This document shows, in pieces, positions 56,195-64,000 of a stretch of DNA of 64,000 nucleotides (position 1 is the first letter of the stretch; each line of letters begins with the position of its first letter). Where the stretch lies: NCBI GenBank assembly GCA_019634385.1, contig JAHQVK010000175.1, forward strand, positions 333 to 64,332, given 5' to 3'. Origin of the DNA: Myxococcales bacterium. Its GTDB lineage: Bacteria > Myxococcota > Kuafuiibacteriia > Kuafuiibacteriales > Kuafuiibacteriaceae. Position numbers and translations under genes: made by a program. A model generated the notes under the pieces. The model saw only the letters and a program-made list of their open reading frames with translations, made no database searches and was not told the DNA's origin.

Positions 56195-57430
56195 TTAGAA
56201 CACAACCCGGGCACGGATGGTGCCATCGATTTGTTTGAGCGCGCTTAATAGCTCGGGGGAACTTGCTCGATCCACGTCCATGACGACGTAGCCGAGATCT
56301 ACATTGGTGCCGAGGTATTGGCCGAGTACATTCGCTTCCGCAGAAGCGATCGCGCGGTTGATAGCTCCGAGAACCCCCGCACGGTTCTCATGGATATGTA
56401 GTAGGCGGTGGGCTCCCTCTCGGCTGGGTGGGAGGGATATATTCGGGAAATTAACGGCCCCAATGGTGCGGCCCAAATCGCTGTAACTCATCAATTTATT
56501 GGTGACTTCAATCCCGATGTTCGCTTGCGCCTCTTGGGTGGAGCCACCGATATGAGGGGTGAGTATTACGTTGGGGAGGCCGCGGAGAGGGCTTGCAAAT
56601 TGTTCATGGTTGGAACCTGGTTCGGTGGGGAAGACATCGATCGCGGCTCCGCCCAGGTGACCACCCTTAATGGCCTCTGCGAGGGCATCAACATCTACGA
56701 CGGTGCCTCGGCTCGCGTTGAGCAGCATGGCCCCTGGTTTCATCTGCTTTAGACGTTCCCGGTTGATAAGGTGCTGAGTGGTGGGATCCTGAGGTACGTG
56801 GAGTGTGACGAGATCTGATTGCCCAAGGAGCTCCTCTAGGCTCTCGAGTTGACGAGCATTTCCCATCGAGAGCTTCGGTTCCAGATCGTGATAGATGACC
56901 TGCATGCCAAATGCTTCTGCAAGTATCGAAACCTGTGAGCCGATATGCCCATAGCCGATGATGCCCAGGGTTTTTCCCCGAAGCTCGTAGCTATTTGTGG
57001 CCGACTTTGTCCATTTCCCAGCGTGAGCAGCGAGGCTTTTATCAAACAGCCCTCGAACCAAAAATATGCATTCCGCGAGGACCATTTCCGCGACACTGCG
57101 TGTGTTGGAATGGGGAGCATTAAATACGGGGATGCCTCGCTTTGCGGTGGTGTTGAGGTCCACTTGGTTGGTTCCGATGCAATAGCAACCAACCGCCACT
57201 AGTTTTTTAGCGGCCTCAATCATTTCTTGGGTCAACTTGGTTCGCGACCGAATACCAACAAAATGGGCGTCGGATAGCGCTTCCTTTAGCTCCTCACCAT
57301 CGAGGGCTTTTGGATGGGTGGTCACGTGAGTGTAGCCCGCACGCTCGAAAGATGCGGTTGCTGAAGCATGGATCGACTCCAACAATACGATGTGAATGCG
57401 CTCTCGGGGGAAGGATAACCGTTCGGGCAT
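56195..57430 (-). CDS. serA: D-3-phosphoglycerate dehydrogenase
   Basis: GIRSRT, CIGTNQVDL, GYGHIG, TPHIGGSTQEAQ motifs and C-terminal ACT domain. Confidence 0.95.
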   Translation of the reverse strand: MPERLSFPRERIHIVLLESIHASATASFERAGYTHVTTHPKALDGEELKEALSDAHFVGIRSRTKLTQEMIEAAKKLVAVGCYCIGTNQVDLNTTAKRGIPVFNAPHSNTRSVAEMVLAECIFLVRGLFDKSLAAHAGKWTKSATNSYELRGKTLGIIGYGHIGSQVSILAEAFGMQVIYHDLEPKLSMGNARQLESLEELLGQSDLVTLHVPQDPTTQHLINRERLKQMKPGAMLLNASRGTVVDVDALAEAIKGGHLGGAAIDVFPTEPGSNHEQFASPLRGLPNVILTPHIGGSTQEAQANIGIEVTNKLMSYSDLGRTIGAVNFPNISLPPSREGAHRLLHIHENRAGVLGAINRAIASAEANVLGQYLGTNVDLGYVVMDVDRASSPELLSALKQIDGTIRARVVF

Positions 57431-57439
57431 GGCTCGCCG

Positions 57440-58234
57440 TTACTTGGGGACGACATCTCGGGGCAAGACTTCGAGCACCATACCATCGTCAGCAAAGTCC
57501 AAACGAGGTCCGGGCGGAGCATTGGCAAGGAGCTTAGTGCTGGCCTCCCGAACGGCTCGGCCCAGGTGGGTAAGCACCACCCGCTTTGCGGTCATTGTGG
57601 GCAATTCTTGTTTCCAGTCTTCCCAGGTGCAATGACGTCCGGCTGGTGGAGCTAAAGCTGAGCACTCGGCGATCAACAGATCCACCTGGTGGGCGGCATT
57701 TCGAAGGCCCTCGGCCATTTCTGTGTCCCCGGAAAACGCAATAGATTCCCCAGTGGAAGCCTCAAATCGCAAGCACAACGGCTGGTGAGGAGGATCCATA
57801 TGGGCGGCTGGAAACGTCTTCAAAGCCATCCCGTTAAGGAGGCGGGTGTGGCCCGGTTGAATCTCTTCAAAGATAAGTTGTGGGGCGGTGGGGTACTTAA
57901 GAAATTCTAGACCATAAGTGAGTTCCAGCAAGGCTCTTATGGTTTTTTCTAGTCCGATTGGCCCAACAAAACGGAGTGGTGTTGAACGCACATCGGAAAA
58001 CGTACTGTCGATGATCAAGAAGGGGATGCCACCTATGTGATCGCCGTGGAGATGAGTGAAGGTAAAAGTTTCAATATTGCAGGCTTTTCGGCCGATTTGA
58101 TGCAGGCCCGCGAGCGCGGTGGCACCAAAGTCCACCATGGTGGACTTCAATCTGGTGCCTTCTATCAGGTAGCAGGAATGTAAACGGCCACTGGCATTAA
58201 ATGCATCTCCGGAACCAACGACGGTCACCTGCAT
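57440..58234 (-). CDS. MBL-fold metallohydrolase (RNase Z-like)
   Basis: GSGDAF, THLHGDH, FSGDT and LTH motifs; start ATG 58234 inferred. Confidence 0.85.
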   Translation of the reverse strand: MQVTVVGSGDAFNASGRLHSCYLIEGTRLKSTMVDFGATALAGLHQIGRKACNIETFTFTHLHGDHIGGIPFLIIDSTFSDVRSTPLRFVGPIGLEKTIRALLELTYGLEFLKYPTAPQLIFEEIQPGHTRLLNGMALKTFPAAHMDPPHQPLCLRFEASTGESIAFSGDTEMAEGLRNAAHQVDLLIAECSALAPPAGRHCTWEDWKQELPTMTAKRVVLTHLGRAVREASTKLLANAPPGPRLDFADDGMVLEVLPRDVVPK

Positions 58235-58505
58235 AGGCGGAAGTTGGACGCCAAGCAAGAGTGGGTCAACCCATGGTACCAATAGGCGGCCTGAAAAAAG
58301 GTTCTCGCGCTTTGCTCGGTTCGTCCGTGAAACATCCAGCTCGGCTCTGTGGTTTTTGGCGGTTGGACCCGACTAAGCCTGTTTCCCCTTTCCTCCAAGG
58401 TTTCACGCAAGGACCGAGCGGAGCGCGGGGACGCTTGTTCGGGCCGCCGGATAGCTAGGGGCGCGTTGCTGAGTTCGGTCAGGAACTATCGCTAAGCGCC
58501 TGGAT

Positions 58506-58576
58506 CCCTCCGGGGCCAACCCCTCACAAGGCGGGCTACGTGTCAGCTCCGCAGCCGGAGGCTAAAGACACGCCCT
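58506..58576 (-). mobile_element. MITE family A fragment
   Basis: CCCTCCGGGGCC...CTCCGCAGCCGGAGGCTAAAGACACGCCCT matches the reverse complement of the A 5' part. Confidence 0.7.
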
Positions 58577-58602
58577 GCCTTACGGAGACGCTCCGAGTGC
58601 AG

Positions 58603-58890
58603 TCACAGCAGCATGCGTACACCAGCGATCTTACGAAAGCGCGCATACAGGGCGTACACCGTTTCTGCGTCCGGCACGGGTATGATGAGGGTAATCGATT
58701 GATGATTGCCTTTGTCCGATTCTTTTCGGCTTACCTGTGGTTTGGCTGCTGGCAAAATTTGTCTGGTGGTTTCCAGAGCAGAATTTAGCAATTGTGCCTG
58801 GTTATCGCCGATGAGTTTAAAGGTGTAGTTCGCTGGGAACTGATGGGTAGCGTTAAGAGTTTGAAGAAAACGCTCTCGCTCTTCGCTCAT
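58603..58890 (-). CDS. DUF493/YbeD family protein
   Basis: FPANYTFKLIG, SDKGNHQSIT and VRMLL C-terminus. Confidence 0.8.
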   Translation of the reverse strand: MSEERERFLQTLNATHQFPANYTFKLIGDNQAQLLNSALETTRQILPAAKPQVSRKESDKGNHQSITLIIPVPDAETVYALYARFRKIAGVRMLL

Positions 58891-59687
58891 TCGTTTGTTT
58901 TTGCCACGTCCATTGGGATTTCGGGAAGATCGAGTGTGCTGGAATCTGAAAAACCCTCAATCGCCGCATCCTGGAGGGCGGTTAATATTTCCGCGAGAGC
59001 AGAGCCTGATCGGGGTGATACCGCGTCAAACATTACGCCAACGTGAAATATACCCTCATGCAAAGTAGGGGTTTGCCGAATAACGCGGGCGCTGACTCGG
59101 AATGGTTCGCCGGTGGCTGGATGGATACACTCTATGAGAAGGTGACCGCTCAGATGTTCTTTGACGAGAAAACCGAGGCCCCCCAGGGATATCTCTACCC
59201 GTGGATCTGGTTCGACCCAAGCACCACTGGGCGAGTTCGGTTGTTCCTCAACCGCCCAACTGCGGACATCGAAGCCTTCTGGGGGACTGAGATACCGGAA
59301 TCGGAGTCGCCCTTTTTCACGGGGGGACCACCGATCTTCGCGGTGGCCGGTACGGCGGATCTCGACCGCTATGTGTGTTCCCAGAACATGCCGAACAATA
59401 CCAATAAGTTCCAAGTTGCGTTTGCCCTCTGGTCTGATGGATACACCCAGTCCCTCAACCAGTCCTGCGGGCGGGTCGTGGGTGAGCTCAACCTCCGCAT
59501 ACCCATCTGTCACCTCAGTAAGCCTGCCGCTTACAGCCGCCCGTTGGGAGCCCCAGTAGAGTGAGACTGGCAAGAGGATCCCTATAGGAGAAGTTTCGGG
59601 CATGACCGCCTTCATATCATGGAGCCCTCTGTGGGGGGGGGAAGCTTTGCTTTCGTTGAAGCACGTTGAATTGTGGAGTTTGCACAT
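58887..59687 (-). CDS. PilZ-domain protein (two PilZ-like barrels)
   Basis: RWSPR (RxxxR) and EISLGG motifs, GVMF strand; start may be about 59615. Confidence 0.7.
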   Translation of the reverse strand: MCKLHNSTCFNESKASPPHRGLHDMKAVMPETSPIGILLPVSLYWGSQRAAVSGRLTEVTDGYAEVELTHDPPAGLVEGLGVSIRPEGKRNLELIGIVRHVLGTHIAVEIRRTGHREDRWSPREKGRLRFRYLSPPEGFDVRSWAVEEQPNSPSGAWVEPDPRVEISLGGLGFLVKEHLSGHLLIECIHPATGEPFRVSARVIRQTPTLHEGIFHVGVMFDAVSPRSGSALAEILTALQDAAIEGFSDSSTLDLPEIPMDVAKTNE

Positions 59688-59729
59688 GAGTTGAGGGCTA
59701 GAAGAGCCACATCTGATAGAGCCTCCGGT

Positions 59730-60569
59730 ATGCAGTGGTTTGTTTCTCGAAATGTGGTATACATACTTCTATTTGCCTTCATGCACCTCAGTGGGTGCGC
59801 TACAGTAAGTAGCGTGCTGTCTTCCAGCGTTCAAAAGCCTTCGTTTGTATTTACGAAGCTACATCTGCGTGACATAAGCTTTGAAACGGTGACGATGGAT
59901 TTTGAGTTTTTGGTTAATAATCCTAATGATTTGGGAGTAAGTCTGAACAGTTTGGACTATGCTCTGGATCTTGATGGTAAAAGCGTCGCAAAAGGTACAT
60001 CTAATCAAGGTATTGAGCTGAAAGCTCGGGCGTCGGCACCAGTACGGCTGCCGCTGACGATAACGTTTAAGGATTTTGCGGAGAACGTGGCGACCTTGTT
60101 CTCTACAAAACCTTCGGTACCTTATGCGATTTCTGCAGGACTTGGGGTAGCGACACCGGTGGGACCAATCCGCATCCCAGCTAGGCATAACGGTGACCTC
60201 CCTCTTCCAAAAGCTCCGGATGTAGCGGTGGAAGATGTACGCCTGGCAAAAATGGGTTTGACTGGCGCAAAATTAGAATTCCAATTGAGTGTAAAGAACC
60301 GTAGTGCGTTTTCTATTATTCCTAAAGGTATGAGTTATAATCTTTCTTTGGCGGGGGTAGATGTGACGAAAGGGCAAAGGAAGATACCCACTATTGATGC
60401 TAACGAAAAACAGACGATCGTTTTACCCTTGGAGGTGAGCTTCTTTAGTTTAGGCCAGGCGGTTGTACAGGCCATTCAAACCAAAAGTGTGCCATATGTG
60501 GTCAAAGGGGATGTGGATCTGGGAGTATTCAAGCAGCCCTTTCACGTTGATGGAGAGGCAAAGCTATAG
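59730..60569 (+). CDS. LEA type 2 (WHy) domain lipoprotein with two domains
   Basis: LSGC lipobox; VNNPN and VKNRS repeats. Confidence 0.85.
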   Translation: MQWFVSRNVVYILLFAFMHLSGCATVSSVLSSSVQKPSFVFTKLHLRDISFETVTMDFEFLVNNPNDLGVSLNSLDYALDLDGKSVAKGTSNQGIELKARASAPVRLPLTITFKDFAENVATLFSTKPSVPYAISAGLGVATPVGPIRIPARHNGDLPLPKAPDVAVEDVRLAKMGLTGAKLEFQLSVKNRSAFSIIPKGMSYNLSLAGVDVTKGQRKIPTIDANEKQTIVLPLEVSFFSLGQAVVQAIQTKSVPYVVKGDVDLGVFKQPFHVDGEAKL

Positions 60570-60638
60570 GCTGACTGCGGGAGGAATGACCCCTGGGTAC
60601 CAGAATGGGTGGGCTTGGCAAGGAGGCCAAGTTGAGAG

Positions 60639-61643
60639 TTATTTTCTCTTAAGTATAGATTCACGGAGTTGAATATTCGGTTGCAATGAAATGGGAGAGG
60701 CGATGGTGTTATCTATCCTACTCCGATCGTTGTGACGAACGGCGTTACATCGTTGCTCGGTGGTTCGAAGGAGCTGGTACAACGTTCGTTGTGCATAACG
60801 GACAGGGTTGGCTACCGGCAACAAGGCATCTACTTCAGTACTACGTAGGTGCTTAGCCCATGCTTTAAGTCGAAAAATCAATTGATCGGTTAAGTATACA
60901 ATTTCTTCGATTGTATACTTATGGATATCATCTGCGGGAAGGGTGAGTTTGTCGAAATTTGTCCGCCAGCCAGTCAGGAACCTTGCACGGTCTTCAATGC
61001 TTTGGGCTTGTTGTCCTGGTGTCTGTGGCTCGGATAGGGCTAATGTATTCAGAAGACGATTACGAATATCTCTCTGATGCACTTCTATGATAGGCTGAAG
61101 TGTCATACATGTGTTTGCTCGGGACCGAGGATAGACGTATTGAGGACTGAGAGCAAAGGCAAACACAGTGAGAATGACAACTTGGGTCAAGATGGCTTTT
61201 AGGATACTAGCGAGTGATCCCCCGTGGATAAGAAGATGAAGAGCACTCCACCCAGCCACCACAAATGAACTCCCCATAAGAAGTGTGGTGCAAGGGTAAC
61301 CCAACCACCAAGGTATGAAGGTGGGGCTTAGCCCACCGATGATCGCTCCGAGCATGAGCAGCATCACGGCTAGATGGCTACGTCGATGGTCACGAGCATG
61401 GAGTGGTTCACGAAGCCACATTGGCAGAGGGTTTTTGTTCCGCTGTTTCCGATTGGGTGTCGCTTGAACCGTTGGTGTAGGGGTTGTCGGTTGCTCGGTG
61501 GGTAGAAGAGCAGGGGGTGTGGATGTCTGTGTATGAAGTTGTTTAGGGGTGATGGAAGATGTTTTCTTATCGTAAGCAATAGATTCGAGTTGCTGACGAA
61601 TGTGGTTCATGAAGTTTTGGAAGCTGGAGGCGGGGCTTGGCAC
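60639..61643 (-). CDS. hypothetical membrane protein
   Basis: Three hydrophobic segments after a Pro/Thr-rich N-terminus. Confidence 0.55.
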   Translation of the reverse strand: MPSPASSFQNFMNHIRQQLESIAYDKKTSSITPKQLHTQTSTPPALLPTEQPTTPTPTVQATPNRKQRNKNPLPMWLREPLHARDHRRSHLAVMLLMLGAIIGGLSPTFIPWWLGYPCTTLLMGSSFVVAGWSALHLLIHGGSLASILKAILTQVVILTVFAFALSPQYVYPRSRANTCMTLQPIIEVHQRDIRNRLLNTLALSEPQTPGQQAQSIEDRARFLTGWRTNFDKLTLPADDIHKYTIEEIVYLTDQLIFRLKAWAKHLRSTEVDALLPVANPVRYAQRTLYQLLRTTEQRCNAVRHNDRSRIDNTIASPISLQPNIQLRESILKRK

Positions 61644-61765
61644 GACACCATCCAGAGTCGACTAAGGTCGATGAACGTCCATGGCGACCACCGTGTAAGC
61701 TAAAAAGCGAGTGTCTGTTGCGCCAGCTAGTTGGTGAGTTTAGCTAAAAGCACGGGTTATGCACC

Positions 61766-61855
61766 TACAGCAAAGACCCCTTGGTCCAGACACGGACCCC
61801 TCACAAATGTGGGAAACGAGTCAGAACGCGGTCCGGTGTTTGAAGACACATCCTA
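61766..61855. mobile_element. chimeric remnant: C terminus joined to the A 3' end
   Basis: TACAGCAAAGACCCCTT followed by CCCTCACAAATGTGGGAAACGAGTCAGAACGCGGTCCGG...GAAGACACATCCTA. Confidence 0.7.
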
Positions 61856-61954
61856 AACTCGACGTCTCAAAACGTGATAGTTGGGCGAGCTATCTTTACT
61901 GCGGTTTGGTTCCACTTTGCGGAGGTTACATTGAAGAAGCTATACACAAAGTCC

Positions 61955-62872
61955 TTATTGGCTTACGGAAAAGCAAACGGCGTTAGAGACTAGTTCCGTG
62001 CCATCTCTTTCGCCGCGTAAGAAGATGGCGTTAATTGCATCTTCATCTTCCAGGCAGAGCGTGAAAATGAGGTCTATGATATTATCATTATCATCACTAT
62101 CCGGCTCGCTCAGACTGGGATGAGAGGGGGAGTCTACGCCAGCTGAGTATACAAGCCTCTCACCGCCATTGGGGCCGAGGCCTTTGAGCCGCTGACTATA
62201 GAGGGAGCTCTGAATATCTACATTTTCGTCAGGTAGGGCAATTTGCGCGGCAAATTCACGAACAAAACGACAGTCATCGGTGGTCTCAAGGTCTCGTCCA
62301 TAGGCTACGGAGAGAATGATAGGCCCATCACTGTCACGCTGGTGATTGCTAGCGTTGTCGCAGCTACCGTTGATTTGCTGTGGGTCTACACATTGATTGT
62401 AGTCGTCGCCGGCATTGACGTCGGTTTGGCATAGCTGCTGCTGAGCGAGACAACCGGTTTCCCCTAAATTCACGCAAGTCAGAGGATCACCCTCCTGGCA
62501 TCCATCAGCGGTGCACGTTTCACCGTCGGGACACGTGCCTTGTTCTCCGATGGTACCACAGAGAGGGGCGCCTTCTTCACCGCAGAGACCGTTGGCGAGG
62601 CATACTTCGCCGTCAGGACAAGAGGTTTCGTTGCAAACACACACGCCTAAAGGAGCGTTATTGGTGGGCTCAGTATTGCACTCCGGAATGGTTCCCGCGC
62701 AGCTGTTGTCGAGTTCACAGCTTGTGACGCAACCAGGGTCGATGGTGCGGTCATCACAAACCTCTTCATCGCTACAGGCGTCATTACAAGCATCTCCAAG
62801 AGAAAAGTCTTCGTCGTCACCGCAGGCGCCGATCGTGGTAAACAAGGCTAGGGCAAGAAGATAGCGTTTCAT
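61955..62872 (-). CDS. Cys-rich acidic lipoprotein
   Basis: MKRYLLALALFTTIGAC lipobox; repeated C-x-D-G-E-x-C units. Confidence 0.8.
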   Translation of the reverse strand: MKRYLLALALFTTIGACGDDEDFSLGDACNDACSDEEVCDDRTIDPGCVTSCELDNSCAGTIPECNTEPTNNAPLGVCVCNETSCPDGEVCLANGLCGEEGAPLCGTIGEQGTCPDGETCTADGCQEGDPLTCVNLGETGCLAQQQLCQTDVNAGDDYNQCVDPQQINGSCDNASNHQRDSDGPIILSVAYGRDLETTDDCRFVREFAAQIALPDENVDIQSSLYSQRLKGLGPNGGERLVYSAGVDSPSHPSLSEPDSDDNDNIIDLIFTLCLEDEDAINAIFLRGERDGTELVSNAVCFSVSQ

Positions 62873-63281
62873 AAGTTCCTATGGTGTTGGCTACGGTTTA
62901 CGGATGCTTCTTTCAAGAAGTGCTCGCGATCAATCACTGTCGAATGATTGAGGACAAAGGTCAGATGCATACCAACGCCGTATGGGATTGCTACAGCTTT
63001 AATAGTCGCCCACAAGCCAAAAGTGCATTGGGTTTCGATCTTGTCGACGAGGATGGGTGCGGTTGCGAGCCTTGGAGCCAATGGGATCGGTGCCTAGTTA
63101 CCGTGTGTTCCACTAATCTTGGTACATCCCCTTTCTCCCCAGTACGAGTTCAAGAGGAGGGGAAAAGCTGCACTCTGCAGGGAAAACTTCTCTTTGGATG
63201 TCGGAATACTGCCAAGATTTTGTTCCTGAGCATGACGAAGCTTGACCGAACCGGCCAGCTCACGGCTTTTGTACGAGCTAG

Positions 63282-63620
63282 GTGACGACGACCCCAAACC
63301 CATGGCTGATCCTCGGCTGTGCCATCATCCTCGAGGTGGCGGGAACTACGTTTTTAAAGCTGTCTGATGGCTTCCGAAACGTGGGGGCTTCCGCGATTAT
63401 GGCTGTTTTTTATGCAGCCTCATTCTTTTGTGTGTCTATCGTGATTCGGCAACTCAGTATGGGGATGGCCTACGCGATATGGGCGGGAGTAGGCACGGTG
63501 CTTATCGCTTTGGTTGGGCACACTATCCTTGGAGACCGCCTCACACCCACCCAAGGCATTTTCATTCTTATGGTAGCTATAGGCGTGGCTGGCTTGAAGC
63601 TTTCTGCCCCCTCGTCGTGA
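63282..63620 (+). CDS. SMR family multidrug efflux transporter
   Basis: AIILEVAGT (conserved Glu), KLSDGF and AYAIWAGVG; four TM helices. Confidence 0.9.
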   Translation: MTTTPNPWLILGCAIILEVAGTTFLKLSDGFRNVGASAIMAVFYAASFFCVSIVIRQLSMGMAYAIWAGVGTVLIALVGHTILGDRLTPTQGIFILMVAIGVAGLKLSAPSS

Positions 63621-63725
63621 CTGGTTATTTGGTCAGTGATGAGTGCCCGGTCTGGTGTTTCTCTTAGGCATGGAATGCTTGTGGGTTAAATGCCCACACA
63701 GCTGCGAACTGCATGGCTGCCGCCA

Positions 63726-63820
63726 TAAGGGCGCGTCTTTGCCCTCTGGCCGTGGAGATGGGGCCGTATCCGGCATGTGCGAAGTGTCGGCCCCGGAGGG
63801 AGGGCAAAGACACGCCATAA
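63726..63820 (+). mobile_element. internally deleted MITE family A
   Basis: AGGGCGCGTCTTTG ... CAAAGACACGCCATA. Confidence 0.7.
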
Positions 63821-63826
63821 TGTCCT

Positions 63827-64000
63827 TCAGGTGTCAGGGGATGTGACCAGGTGACGGCGTAGAAATTGACGTTGAGCAGCCCAGCTGCTCTGGGCTGCAG
63901 GACGCCAGCCCAGAGCATGAAATGCGTGAGGCTCTCCTGGATAGATGTCCAGCTCGTGCAGGATATTACGCTCGTGGAGGGCGGTGGCCAGGCGGAGGGT
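63827..64000 (-). CDS. alpha/beta hydrolase (esterase-like), C-terminal fragment cut by the window edge
   Basis: Manual translation ...ELDIYPGEPHAFHALGWRPAAQSSWAAQRQFLRRHL...stop. Confidence 0.7.
   Translation of the reverse strand, partial: TLRLATALHERNILHELDIYPGEPHAFHALGWRPAAQSSWAAQRQFLRRHLVTSPDT

Noticed and set aside
59043..59564. Antisense ORFs inside well-supported genes (here and throughout the window)
   Set aside because: They are shadow frames of genes with clear family motifs on the opposite strand.
1..64000. CRISPR array, rRNA or tRNA genes
   Set aside because: The repeats are dispersed 110-190 bp elements with terminal inverted repeats, not repeat-spacer arrays; no cas genes or recognisable structural RNA genes were seen.

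Overview
Bacterial chromosomal window of moderate GC. Cys-rich lipoproteins, TPR/TolB proteins and bshA/bshC suggest a Myxococcota-like organism (inference). It holds about 45 CDSs, mostly housekeeping or envelope genes (pfkA, DAHP synthase, serA, queD, pgeF, CopA, FIST plus hybrid kinase, bshC-bshA cluster). Intergenic spaces carry about 29 copies or remnants of at least four families of non-autonomous inverted-repeat elements (MITE-like, with CTAG or TA target duplications), several of them nested. No transposase, CRISPR, rRNA or tRNA was recognised. The strongest candidate for an undescribed system is a tightly coupled four-gene operon at 20681-27440. It encodes a coiled-coil/tandem-OB-like protein resembling the N-domain of the proteasomal ATPase ARC/Mpa but with no ATPase, a MotA/PomA-like channel, a MotB/OmpA-like subunit, and a 1416-aa DUF4011-like/SF1 (Upf1/DNA2-type) helicase with a degenerate C-terminal nuclease-like domain. 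This is Zorya-like logic with components that differ from the Zorya types I know. All domain calls come from reading motifs by eye; no searches were run.
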